Assembly: GCA_038087875.1 (NCBI GenBank)
Contig: CM075990.1
Location: forward strand, 13,270,001-13,330,000
Source of the DNA: Malacoraja senta
Lineage: Eukaryota
Length of the DNA: 60,000 nt
Reading direction: 5' to 3'
The translations under genes were made by a program, and so were the position numbers. This document shows, one piece after another, positions 24,342 through 37,355 of the stretch. The notes under the pieces are model-generated. The model was not told where the DNA came from. It did no database searches and saw only the letters and a list, made by a program, of their open reading frames with translations. Each line of letters starts with the position of its first letter. Position 1 is the first letter of the stretch.

Positions 24342-27300
24342 ACCCGTTCCTTTTCTCCAAAGATGCTGCCTGACCCGCTGAGTTACTCAGTATTTTGTGT
24401 CTATCTTTGGTGTAAACCAGCATCTGCAGTTCCTTTCTACAAATCAGGATTTCCAAATGGATAGTGGGTATCTGAGTTATATTGTACTGCTAAACAACAT
24501 TCTTCCATTGGACTCCTTTCCCCATGTACCATGTTGACATTGTTTGTGCACCTTTTAACAAAATAAAAATGAAGTAAATTTTTCACTTGTTATTTAACAT
24601 TTTTCACATCCACAGGACAGTACTAATTGATGGGATATTTAAAATGTTGTCACTGTGGAGTAGGAACTGCGATGACTACAATCAATATTTATAATCGCCA
24701 GGAGATCTGTTATTATAATATTGGTAGATGAATATTGGGCAATACATTGGGAGAACTTGGTGCTGTGGGATCTGTTGACTTCACCAATAGAGGTGAACTG
24801 TGCTTCAGCTTATATCTGATCCAAATGTACGGCGTGATTGTGTGCAAACGTTGTCGCCCTTTAGGTGGTGACTCTTTGCATACGACGGGTATGCAAGGCA
24901 AAGAATATCACTGTGACTTTGACACCTGGCAATAAAGTATCAGTCATTCCATCATTCAAACTGTAATGGATATAAAAGCATTCATTGCCTTTTGCTTATT
25001 AAGGTGAGGACGGTTGTTTACTAAGTTTCTGTGAATGTTCAGATCAGCATTCTCTTAACGGCCTTTGAATTAAGCAAGAGTTCCTGTCACTTTAAAGGCT
25101 TTGGCGCTTTTTCCTGAGTTCTGCTACACTCTTCCTAAACGGGTTCTTCCTGGTTCACACTTTGATAAGCACGTCCTCGGGAATGAAATTCCCCCAAAAA
25201 ATAGCAGATGCTGGAAACGGGAAATTAAAAACAGAAAATCTGAAACTCTCGGCCACTTGGGATGTAGTTAATTAATGATATGTTTTCAATCTGAAACACT
25301 AACTTTTTATTTTTCTTCACCCTGTTGCTGCCTGGCCATGCATAGTGTTTCCAGTATGGCCTTGGGATTTTTTTTTTTTGTGCATTTTCAGTCTAGGCCA
25401 ACTATCACGATCAATTCTGCAGCTGCAGAGAATTGTACCAAGGAGATTGCTGGAGATGCCACTTCAAGAAAAATAGTGATCAATCAGCTTTGCAAAAGGC
25501 AACATTGCTCTGTGGGAGTCAAGGGCAGTGGAACAACTGCTTTAAGTCAAAGCCCTGCCATTCAGGAAGGAAGTGAGAACACATCTCCCCAAGCAAAGAA
25601 TGGCATCGCCCAACCTCCACATAATAACAGTGTGTGTATGTCCAATTAATTGTGCATTTATCTACAAGGTATTTATTCATCTGGAAAGGGTGCAGTGAGG
25701 GTAAACCAGCATCTGCAGTTCCTTTCTACAAATCAGGATTTCCAAATGGATAGTAGGATGTTGTCAGGATTTGAGGGCATGAGTTGTCGGGAGAGATTGA
25801 GCAGACTAGGATTTTATTCCTTCGAGTGTTAGGAGGACGAGGGGTGATCTATAGAGTGTAAGATCATGAGGAGAATAGATATGGTAAATGCATAGTTTTT
25901 TTACACAGGATAGGGGAATCAAGAACCAGAGGGCATGAGTTTAAAGTGGGAGGGAAAAGATTTAATAGCAAACGGGGACAACTTTTTCACACAAAGGGTG
26001 GTGGATATATTGAACAAACTACCAGAGGAGGTAGTTGAGGCAGGTATATTAACAGCATTTAAAATACATTTTGACAAGCACATGGACTGGAAAGGTTTAG
26101 AAGGATACACGCCAAATGCAGGCAGGTGGGTCTAATGTAGATGGGGCATCTTGGTTGACACAGGCAAGTTGGGCCAAAAGGCCTGTTTCCATGCTCGATG
26201 ACTGAATCATGTCCAAATTTGTTAAGAGGGTCAGATATAAATAATCAATATTGTTCAGATCTCTATTAGTAAGAGATGAGCATGTCAAAAAAGGAAATTT
26301 AGTCCCAGTAAAAATAGAAATAATAATAATTCTTTGGGAAATAAATTTGTAAGTCCTTTAAATGCATAGCTACTTAATCAAGTCCTGAAACCTTAAATTA
26401 TATCGGGTTCAATAAGAAGAGAAATATTGTATAAAATTGAGATTATACAGAGCTTAATTGGAAGGTGCAAAGATTCAATAGAGATGATAAAATACAGGCC
26501 AGTGTGAGAAACTGCAAACATAATATATTAGAACAATAGAGATGAGGAAGAGATTCAAGTGTGTACAATTATATTAGGTTGTTATTGTCACATGCAGCAA
26601 GAAAGGTTATTTTGCATGTTATCCTGACAATTCAAACTATGGTATATGTGTAGGAAGGAACTGCAGATGCTGGCTTAAACCGAAGATAAACACAAAATGC
26701 TGGAGTAACTCAGCGGGACAGGCTGCATCGCTGGAGAGAAGGAATGGGTGATGTCTTGGGTCAAGGCCCGAAGTCCAGTCTGAAGAAGAGTCTCGACCTG
26801 AAACATCACCCATTCCTTCTCTCCAGAGATGCTGCCTGGCTCGCTGAGTTATTCCAGCATTTTGTGTCTATCTTCAATTCAAACTAGATGTGAGTACAGT
26901 CATATATAAGTAAAAGAGTGAAACAAATGTAAGTAGATCGTCTTCTGGGACAGCACATGGTGGGTGGGCAGCTGGTAGAGCCGCTGCCTCACAGCGTCAG
27001 AGACCCGGGTTCGATCCTGACCTCGGGTGCTGCCTGTGCGATGTGTGCACATTCTCCCTGTGACCGTGTGAGTTTCCTCCAGGTGCTCTAGTTTCCTTTC
27101 ACATCCCACAGACGTGTGGGTTTGTTGGTTAAGTTGGTCTCTGTAAATTGCCCCTTGTGTGTAGGGAGTGGATGTGAAAGTGGGATAGTACAGAACTAGT
27201 GTGAAGGGGTGGTCTGCGTGCACTTGGTGGGCTGAAGGGTCTCTTTCATTGCTGTATCTCTAAACTAAGCTAATTAAGATGAGGTGAAGAGATTAGATAA

Positions 27301-28454
27301 AAGTATATTCTGAAATTCATGAATCTACAGAAGCTGGAAGTCTGAACCGTAAGCAGAATATACTTGAAGCACTCGGTAAGTCAGCCAGTGCCTATGGACA
27401 CTGTTATTGTTTCAGGCTGACTACATCTCTGCCAGCACTCGGAGCAGTTAATCCCATTTAGTTCCTTGTGTTCTATCCTCTCTCACAAGGCCATCTACTC
27501 TACCCAAGGGTGATTTACAGTGGCCATTTAACTCATTGACCAGCATGTTTTTGAGTTGTGGGAGAAAACTAGTGGACATGGTGGGGGAAACCATCGAACC
27601 CCACACAGAGAACAGCAGAAGTCTGGATCGAGCATTGGTCACTGGAGCCTTGAGTCAGCAGCTCTACCAATGCCTATCTTTTCAGTACTCCCATATTTGT
27701 ACCACTTTTCAGAGGCTGCAAAACACTTTGAAAATTCCCATAAGGCATGGGGAGATATAATATTTCTATGTGCATTTTTATCGGTTTCAGATCGCTCCAA
27801 AAGTTTCTTCAGGTCGAAAAGCTAATGTTTTGTTCCATTTCATGCCGTGTCCTCCGAGTGTCGACGCCACTTGTAGAAGCAAAACACGAGGAACAAATGA
27901 CAACGTCAACATGGAAAGGGTATTCAAGATAACTCTCCGAACCTTCCTTCCAACTGCAGAGTATCTTATCCGTGTTTGCACAGGTCACAATCTGCGCTCA
28001 AGTGGAACAAGACATCTGCTTGGGCAAGTTGAGGCGTCACGTTTTCTGCAAGACTTTCCGGATTTTGGGGAAGGGCAGGAAATGTGTTGACCACGGTAAG
28101 ATGAGAAACAGGAATGAGGGCACGCTCGAGGCCTGCTATCGTGTTTTCTGTGGGGTTGAGATAGCTGGTGATTGAAGAGCAAAAAACAAAAACAAAAATT
28201 GAAAACAATAGGAGGATGAGTGAAAATAGCTCCTCTATCAGAACAGACTCATGGGTTCCTCATCTCTGTGTGCAAGCCAGGTCAAGGCTGACGTTACACA
28301 TTCAGCCCCCCCCCCCCCCCTCCCCCCACTCTTTCCCTGGAGCCAGATAGAGTCTATCCGGGAGATAAAACCATCCAGATAGAGCATAGAAGGAACAGTC
28401 TCTTTGGAAACTATAGAGGAAGCAAGCTTTAACTCTGCAATAGAGCTGAGAATC

Positions 28455-28518
28455 ATGTTGTCTCTGATTCTGTTGGGACTGGCCCTCTCCGCTCAGCTTC
28501 GAACCTCACTTTCATTAG
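28455..28518 (+). CDS. OIT3: OIT3 exon 1 (signal peptide)
   Basis: atcATG; MLSLILLGLALSAQLRTSLSL hydrophobic leader; consensus AG|gtaagt donor, phase 1; syntenic position. Assignment is positional rather than by strong similarity. Confidence 0.72.
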
Positions 28519-28645
28519 GTAAGTCTGAGGTAAAGACAATTTCTCCAATGTCTATATTAGAAAGTAGACGGCAAAGGTGTCTATTTAGTACAGTGGGGAG
28601 GAAAAATAGTGTGAATGGATATTATCGGGATTCCCTCTGCATTCT

Positions 28646-29172
28646 TTTTTTTTTTTTTTTTTAATTTGTATTTTATTAGAAGTACATTACATTACAACCA
28701 CATACATTAGTACTTGTCATTTATATCTTCTTACAATTAATGTACTCCATTTATTTTTTACACTAGAAAAGGAAAAGATTGAAAGAAAGAAGAAAGTGAA
28801 GGAAAAAGTGAAAGTGTAGGAAATGTGACAACAAAAAAGGACGAAGACCCTATAAGAGCAAAATTAAAAACAAAAGAAAAAGAGTTAAGAAATAGACCCT
28901 GGGAAAGAAAGAAAGAGAGAAAGAGGAAAAAGAGAGAAACAAATATTTTTATGAGCATTACGTAAATGGGACATACCAGCTCTTCAACTACCATCCCCCC
29001 TTACCTGACCTCAATTTTTTTTTTTAAGTACTTTTGCACCCTATGTTTGTAATAATTCTATAAATGCAGACCACGTCAGGTGGAAGTGATCTGGTTTACC
29101 TGCTAGGAGGAGTCTTATCTCTTCTAGGTGTAATGTTTCAAACATATTTGAAATCCACATATTTATAGTTGG
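28646..29172 (-). mobile_element. L1-clade 3' fragment with poly(A) tail and 15-bp TSD
   Basis: TSD ttccctctgcattct at 28631-28645 and 29173-29187; ORF2-like C-terminus WISNMFETLHLEEIRLLLAGKPDHFHLTWSAFIELL; poly-T on +. Confidence 0.85.
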
Positions 29173-30579
29173 TTCCCTCTGCATTCTAAGAATGTATTGA
29201 TTCTAACCTCTCTTAAAGTGTGTTATTTGAGCTCCAGTCTTCCCTCTGTGCATAGAGAAGGTTTTTTTTTGTTTTGTGAAGAGCTGCCCTGATAACCATT
29301 AAGGCCTCTGAATCAAAAAAGATTAATATTGATCTGAACCTCTCCCTATTTGTTCAGGCCAACTACTCTCCGGTAGCTGAGCAGGGAAGAGAGTGTTTTT
29401 GGCCCACTGGACATGTGTATTGGAAAGACGCCAGTGTTACCACTGTACAAAGTTGCCTTGCAGTCTTACCTTTTGTAGGTGGAAGCTCACGGATTGAAGT
29501 CCCACTTCAGAGACTTGACCTCAAAAAACTGAGGCTCGTTTGAGTGAAGTCCTCGGTTTGTTCAACTAAAAGTTTAAGTTGTCCAGTTTAGTTTACCAAT
29601 TTAATGCTGATGGAACGCTGCTTTACTCAAAACATTATTTGTGTGCCATTTTTAATTTATGGCTGGATATTAAAAAAATTCAAAGGATGTTTTTTAAAGA
29701 GCAGGTTAGTCTGATTCCTTAGCCAATTGTTGCTCCCAACCAATGCGACCAAAATCGATGAACAGGTGAATCAACTTGCAACTGTTTGCCTGACCTCGCT
29801 GCATGTCATTTGGTTGCTGAATACGCATGCAGGAAAGTAATTTCAAGCTTGTGAAGTTATTTAGGATTTCCCATGGAGATTAAATGTGCTGCGTGAGTTA
29901 CATGCTATTCTTTAATGCTCTGTTTAAACCTTTCTCCTTAACGCATGAACGGGTAACCGCATGAGCCGTTCCTGTTCCCTGTGTTCAGTAGTTTTCTAAA
30001 GGATAGTACAAGCGTGTTCTGAAAACCATCCTCACTGTATGTGGAGCCATTCAACCAAAGGCATTGCACCAGATGGTGCCACAGTTAACCCTTTGGAACC
30101 TCTCCCGCTTGTATTTGTGCTTTTACTTCTTAGGTGCTCATGGTCTTTCACTCCCCTCCCCTTGTCTCCCCTCCCTCTTCCTAAATCTCTGGCTCCCCAC
30201 ACTCTCAGAGTTTTCTGTTCTGTCCCTCTGCATATTCTCTCTTTCTCTGCAGCAAAAAGAAGGGTGACAACCCGAAACATCGTTTGTCCAACTCCTACCA
30301 CAGAGGCTGCCTGACTCACTGAGCTCCCCCCACACCTTGTTTTGTTTCCAGCATCTGCGGTCTCATCTTCTCCCTTTCTCTCTCTCTCTCTCTTGTTCGC
30401 CTGTTCCTTTCTCAGTCGCCCTTCCTCTGTTCTACATCATTAGGGCTTCACAGCACCAGAGACCCGAGTTCAATCCTGAATATGGTTGCTGTCTGTGAGG
30501 AATTTCTACCTTCTCATTATGACCGCGTGGGTTTTCTCCGGGTGCTCCGGTTTCCTCCCAAAAATCTCCCAAGATGTGC

Positions 30580-30779
30580 NNNNNNNNNNNNNNNNNNNNN
30601 NNNNNNNNNNNNNNNNNNNNNNNNNNNNNNNNNNNNNNNNNNNNNNNNNNNNNNNNNNNNNNNNNNNNNNNNNNNNNNNNNNNNNNNNNNNNNNNNNNNN
30701 NNNNNNNNNNNNNNNNNNNNNNNNNNNNNNNNNNNNNNNNNNNNNNNNNNNNNNNNNNNNNNNNNNNNNNNNNNNNNNN
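30580..30779. other. Assembly gap (200 N)
   Basis: Run of exactly 200 N with a truncated SINE on the left and a truncated MITE on the right. Confidence 0.99.
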
Positions 30780-31001
30780 GTACGTCGGAGCTCGGGGACG
30801 TCTCTTAGCGGCTCGTAACGCTAACGGCAGGTACTCGGGAAACGCGGTAAGCTCGGGAAGACTCGTGAAGATTTTTCAACGTTGAAAAATGTCCACGAGA
30901 GCCCCGAGTACCTGCGAGCGGCCATTACCGTAAATCTCTGAGTTCGAGTCAGGGAAAACTCGGGAGAACTCTTGAATGAACTCGTACAGTGGAACAGGGC
31001 T
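30780..31001. mobile_element. Right part of a CpG-rich MITE, probably PIF/Harbinger-like, cut by the gap
   Basis: Ends ...ctcgtacagtggaacagggct-tta; perfect 20-bp palindrome atttttcaacgttgaaaaat at 30871-30890; repeated ctcggga motifs. Confidence 0.55.
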
Positions 31002-32037
31002 TTTAGCATTTGAAGTTGGAGACTCTTCTGACAAAGTTGTGTTGAAGGTATTTGAAACAGGCGCTGCCTGACATCCTGGGTGTTTCCAACAATTACGGTT
31101 TCTGTTTCAGATTTCCAGCATTTACAGTTTTATTTTGTTTAACACACACAAAAAAAATGGATGTTTGAGTAAAGCAAGAATGAGAACTTGTCCTTGGAGG
31201 TTAAACAGATAGAGCAGAATCTACATTGGTGCAGATGCCTGTTAATGAACAATGAAACAAACCAAGTGGATCGGATGATTACTTTTACAACTTCCTATGA
31301 TGCTTGACTCGTACATTTCATTAGATCAGTGGGCAAATAGTGCACAACACCTGTGGCAGCAAAAAGGATGCTTACTTTGATGAAACCCGACATTTGATAA
31401 GTTCACATCGGCCAAAGTGTGAGCTAATTTGCTTAAATTCTCTACATGACTTTGAAAAGTCTGAGCAGAACAAGGCAGTGCACTTTCATTTCTGCAAACT
31501 AGTATCGTTGATATGCATTTTACTTTCAACAACACACAATATGGTACAACTAACCTACGAACACATAAAATAGCAACTCCATGTGGAGTATAGAATGGGC
31601 TGCTAGAGTCCATTCTCAACCAATTGGACATTCCATAGGATGGTCAATACACCTACATGCCAATATCAACAACTCTACAGCCAACCTGGATGGCACAGTG
31701 TGGCGTGGTTAGAGTTGCTGCCACAAAGCGCCAGAGACCCGGGTTCGATCCTGACTACAGGTGCTTTTGTACGGAGTTTGTACATTCTCTTCGTGTCCTG
31801 CGTGGGTTTTCTCCGGGTGATCCAGTTTCTTCCCACACTCCAAAGACGTACAGGTTTGTAGACTAATTGGCTTGGTATAATTGTAAATTGTCCCTAGTGT
31901 GTGTAGGATAGTGTTAGTGAGCGGGGATCGCTGGTTGGTGTGTACCGAAGGGCCTGTTTCTGCGCTGTATGTCTAAAACAAAACAAAACAAAAACGTAGT
32001 ATTGAAGATCGTGCATCCGATTGTAATGTGTCCATAA

Positions 32038-32238
<201 letters not shown>

Positions 32239-32799
32239 TAATACATGGTCTATTCAGCCAAAGGATGTGGGTTCTCTGACACTCATGCATGTTCACTCAG
32301 TCACTGGAGGAAAGTGTTGAGACTGCGACAGTCCTTTGCTGTCAATGAAGAGACAATATCATAAGGTCATAAGGAATAGGGGTAGAATGAGGCCATTCGG
32401 CCCATCAAGTCTACTCCGCCATTTAATCGTGGCTGATCTCTCCCTCCTAACCCCATTCTCCTGCCTTCTCCCCATAACCCCTGACACCTGTACTAATCAA
32501 TAATCTATCTATCTCTGCCTTAAAAATATCCATTGACTTGGGCTCCACAGTGATCTGCGGCAAAGAATTCCATAGATTCACCACCCTCTGACTAAAGAAA
32601 TTTCTCCTCGTCTCCTTCCTAAAAGAACGTCCTTTAATTCTGAGGTCATGACCTCTAGTCCTAGACTCTCCAACTAGTGGAAAGATGCTCTCCACACCCA
32701 CTCTATCCACGCCTTTCACTATGTTTCAACGAGGTCCCTCCCTCATTCTTCTAATATCGTTTGACTATGTTGTATCGTTTTAGGATTGCAGGCGGTATA

Positions 32800-34870
32800 A
32801 AGATATAGAAACATAGACATAGAAAATAGGTGCAGGAGTAGGCCATTCGGCCCTTCGAGCCTGCACCGCCATTTGATATGATCATGGCTGATCATCCAAC
32901 TCAGTATCCCATCCATGCCTTCTCTCCATACCCCCTGATCCCTTTAGCCACAAGGGCCACATCTAACTCCCTCTTAAATATAGCCAACGAACTGGCCTCA
33001 ACTACCTTCTATGGCAGAGAATTCCACAGATTCACCACTCTCTGTGTAAAAAATGATTTCCTCATCTCGGTCCTAAAAGTCTTCCCTCTTATCCTTAAAC
33101 TGTGACCCCTAGTTCTGGACTTCCCCAACATCGGGAATAATCTTCCTGCATCTAGCCTGTCCAACCCCTTAAGAATTTTGTAAGTTTCTATAAGATCCCC
33201 CCTCAGTCTTCTGAATTCCAACGTGTACAAGCCGAGTCTATCCAGTCTTTCCTCATATGAAAGTCCTGCCATCCCAGGAATCAGTCTGGTGAACCTTCTC
33301 TGTACTCCCTCTATGGCAAGAATGTCTTTCCTCAGATTAGGAGACCAAAACTGTATGCAATACTCGAGGTGTGGTCTCACCAAGACCCTGTACAACTGCA
33401 GTAGAACCTCCCTGCTCTTATACTCAAATCCTTTTGCTATGAATGCTAACATACCATTTGCTTTCTTCACTGCCTGCTGCAGCTGCATTCCTACTTTCAA
33501 TGACTGGTGTACCATGACACCCAGGTCTCGTTGCATCTCCCCTTTTCCTAATCGGCCACCATTCAGATAATAGTCTACTTTCCTGTTTTTGCCACCAAAG
33601 TGGATAACCTCACATTTATCCACATTATACTGCATCTGCCATGCCTTTGCCCACTCACCCAACCTATCCAAGTCACCTTGCAGCCTCCTAGCATCCTCCT
33701 CACAGCTAACACTGCCCCCCAGCTTCGTGTCATCCGCAAACTTGGAGATGTTGCATTCAATTCCCTCATCCAAATCATTAATATATATTGTAAATAGCTG
33801 GGGTCCCAGCACTGAGCCTTGCGGTACCCCACTAGTCACTGCCTGCCATTCTGAAAAGGACCCGTTTACTCCTACTCTTTGCTTCCTGTCTGCCAGCCAG
33901 TTCTCTATCCACATCAATACTGAACCCCCAATACCATGTGCTTTAAGTTTGTATGCTAATCTCTTATGTGGGACCTTGTCGAAAGCCTTCTGAAAGTCCA
34001 GATATAACACATCCACTGGTTCTCCCTTATCCACTCTACTAGTTACATCCTCGAAAAATTCTATAAGATTCGTCAGACATGATTTACCTTTCATAAATCC
34101 ATGCTGACTTTGTCCAATGAACTCACCACTTTCCAAATGTGCTGCTATTCCATCTTTAATAACTGACTCCAGAATTTTCCCCACCACCGATGTTAGACTA
34201 TCTGGTCTGTAATTCCCCGTTTTCTCTCTCCCTCCCTTTTTAAAAAGTGGGGTTACATTAGCTACTCTCCAGTTCTCAGGAACTACTCCAGAATCTAAAG
34301 AGTTTTGAAAAATTATCACTAATGCATCCACTATTTCTGCAGCTACTTCCTTAAGTACTCTGGGATTTATCGGCCTTTAATCCATTCAATTTACCTAACA
34401 CCACTTCCCGGCTAACCTGGATTTCACTCAGTTCCTCCATCTCATTTAACCCCCGGTCCCTTGCTATTTCCGGCAGATTATTTATGTCTTCCTTAGTGAA
34501 GACAGAACCAAAGTAATTATTCATTTGGTCTGCCATGTCCTTGTTCCCCATGATCAATTCGCCTGTTTCTGACTGCAAGGGACCTACATTTGTTTTAAGT
34601 AATCTTTTCCTCTTGGCCTATCTATAAAAAACTTTTGCAGTCAGTTTTTATGTTCCCTGCCAGTTTTCTTTCATAATCTATTTTCCCTTTCCTAATTAAG
34701 CCTTTTGTCCTCCTCTGCTGGACTCTGAATTTCTCCCAGTCCTCTGGTAGGCTGCTTGTTCTGGCAAATTTGTAGGCTTCCTCTTTTGTTTTGATACTAT
34801 CCCTGATTTCCCTTGTTATCCACGGATGCACTACCTTCCCTGATTTATTCTTTTGCCAAACTGGGATGAA
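32800..34870 (-). mobile_element. CR1-clade LINE (HER1-like), 5'-truncated, with RT-domain ORF
   Basis: ORF 33009-34331 with LDFQKAFDKV, GVPQGSVLGP and FADDTK; broken frames upstream; (TTTCTATG)-like 3' tail; lies in the last OIT3 intron. Confidence 0.96.
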
Positions 34871-36026
34871 TATGAATTGTGATGGGATTTGCTGTGCATT
34901 TGGAGTCTGCTCCAGTTCTATTTCTAGTTGGATTCCTGAGCTGTATTGTGCTTTGGGTGGTTAGAACACCCAGCTCTGACTCTTACTTCATGGGAGGAGA
35001 TGTTGCACAAATAGACAGCGAGTTCTTGGCCAAACTAAATCAATCCCAATTGTTGACAATTTAAATTAGTTATCAGAAAGCCAAAGACTTTCCCTAGGCG
35101 AGGGTATCCTGGGCAGTTATGGCACCACACTATCGGAAAACGTTGAGTTAAAGTGATTTGGAGATTTATTAGAATGATGCCAGCTACGAGATATCTCAGT
35201 CGGGTGAAGAGACTGGAGATGTGATAATTGTGACCCTCAGAGTAGAGGAGGTGGGAAATCTGTGATAGAGATGGTCAAAATTTTGGAACAAAGTTTTAAT
35301 TACATAAGTGAAGGGGAAACTGCACTCACAAGAGAGTCAGCATCCAAATAAAATGTAACAGGCAACAGGGGAAAGCATTATCCCCTGACTCTCAGTCTGA
35401 AGAAGGGTCATGACCCGCTGCCTGACCCGCTGAGTTACTCCAGCATTTTGAGTCTATCTTCTGTGTAAACCAGCATCTGCAGTTCCTTCCTACACAAACA
35501 CTATCTTACATGGGTGGTGATTTGGAGTGCCCTCACTGGCATCACGGTGAAAGTAAAGTATTAATAGCTTTCAAAAAGAGATTTGGGTGAATACTTGAAG
35601 AGGAAGGGACTAAAAGGCACGATGGGTTGAATGGCCTCTTGTCACACCACATCATTCTATGACCATGTGAAATTAGGCAGCCAGTTTAACTTCCTAATCA
35701 GTTATTCCACGGATGGATGCCTTGATGTTAAGTTGTGAAATACAAGTCGATCGTGGAGACACACGATACTGCTGGAATATTCAGCATAACTGTTGGAGGA
35801 ACTCAGTGGGTCAATGGTTCAGGCAGCATCTGGGAAGGGAATGGACATTTCATGTTGGGGCCTTCTTCAGTCTGAATGAAGTATGGGGGAGAAACTAGAT
35901 AAGAGAGATGGGGGGGGGGGGGGGGTCAGGACAAGGCCTGACAAGTGATAAGTGGACACTTGGGTGGGTTGGGCGATGATGAGTAGCTGTGATGGTGTGC
36001 TAACGCTGGTGATTGTGCCTCTGCAG

Positions 36027-36194
36027 AAGGTGTACTTGCACTGCCGAGTGCTGGTGTGTGGAGCCCAGGACACCAAGTCTCGATGCTCCCAGGGCTGCCG
36101 CAAGCGGATGCATAGATCAGCGGAGACGGATGCTGGAGGCCACCTGAGGGATCATCTCCTCAGCGGAGGTCCGATAGTGATTGAAACCCAGTAA
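36027..36194 (+). CDS. OIT3: OIT3 last coding exon (ZP-C end, basic furin-like site)
   Basis: ctgcag acceptor; KVYLHCRVLVCGAQDTKSRCSQGCRKRMHRSAETDAGGHLRDHLLSGGPIVIETQ-TAA. Confidence 0.95.
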   Translation, partial: KVYLHCRVLVCGAQDTKSRCSQGCRKRMHRSAETDAGGHLRDHLLSGGPIVIETQ

Positions 36195-36419
36195 CAAAGC
36201 TGGCAGCGTCCAGATCATTCCACTGAACACCTTTAACTTTGTCCATTAATACACGAGTAGCAAAAAAATGTATCATTGCTTTTGCTAGTTAATTATACTT
36301 GTTTGTTTTCTGATTAGCAGACTGAACTAATGAACCTTGTAATGGGACACTAATTGCGTGGCTTGCATAGTCCATTTTGAATATATCTTAATTACAGAAA
36401 CTTATAGCTATACCTTTTT

Positions 36420-36425
36420 AATAAA
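36420..36425 (+). terminator. Candidate OIT3 poly(A) signal
   Basis: AATAAA about 225 nt after the stop. Confidence 0.55.
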
Positions 36426-36726
36426 GATGCATATTACCTTATCTCCCATGATTTATTTTGAATCAAATTCATTGTCACAGTGCCGGACAATCCCTGCTCT
36501 GGAAAATTTTGACCGACTGCTCTTTACAAATTATTGCCTACAAACAAAAGATCACCCATCTTTCCTTCTATACCACACTGTGGTCACCCAGCATCAAGTC
36601 TCATCCATCCATTTGTTCACAGAGGTTCTCCTGTAATGGACTCTGTCCATATCTCTGCACCGCAGAATCTTGGGGGGAATTGATGGGGACATGGCGATGA
36701 TAAAATGGAATTTGTGTAGTGTGTGT

Positions 36727-37165
36727 GTGTGAGCAAAGATTCAACACTCTGGAGTTTAGAAGGATGAGTGGGGATCTTATTGAAACATATAAGATTGTTA
36801 AGGGTTTGGACACGCTAGAGGCAGGAAACATGTTCCCGATGTTGGGGGAGTCCAGAACCAGGGGCCACAGTTTAAGAATAAGGAGTAAGCCATTTAGAAC
36901 GGAGACGAGGAAACACTTTTTCTCACAGAGAGTTGTGAGTCTGTGGAATTCTCTGCCTCAGAGGGCAGTGGAGGCTGGTTCTCTGGATACTTTCAAGAGA
37001 GAGCTAGATAGGGCTCTTAAAGATAGCGGAGTCAGGGGATATGGGGAGAAGGCAGGAACGGGGTACTGATTGGGGATGATCAGCCATGATCACATTGAAT
37101 GGCGGTGCTAGCTCAAAGGGCTGAATGGCCTACTCCTGCACCTATTGTCTATTGTCTATTGTCAA
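36727..37165 (+). mobile_element. CR1 3' fragment
   Basis: TLEFRRMSGDLIETYKIVKGLD...FFSQRVVSLWNSLP; (ctattgt)n tail. Similar fragments at about 2596-2820, 4222-4570, 14690-14950, 25755-26200, 32360-32750 and 53660-53940. Confidence 0.9.
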
Positions 37166-37270
37166 TATGCCTAATGGGCCTGTTTCAGTGCTGTACAACA
37201 TGACTCTGTGTGGGTATCTCAAGAACACTCGGCCCCCTCCCAGAACTCATCTACATTCAACCAGAATTCA

Positions 37271-37355
37271 ACCAGAACCAAGGGTCACAGTTTAAGAATC
37301 CAGAACCAGGGGTCACAGTTTAAGAATCCAGAACCAAGGGTCACAGTTTAAGAAT
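37271..37355 (+). repeat. 28-bp tandem triplication at the 5' end of a CR1 fragment
   Basis: (ccagaaccaRgggtcacagtttaagaat) x3. Confidence 0.92.

Noticed and set aside
30482..30885. ORFs spanning poly-X
   Set aside because: Artefacts of the N gap
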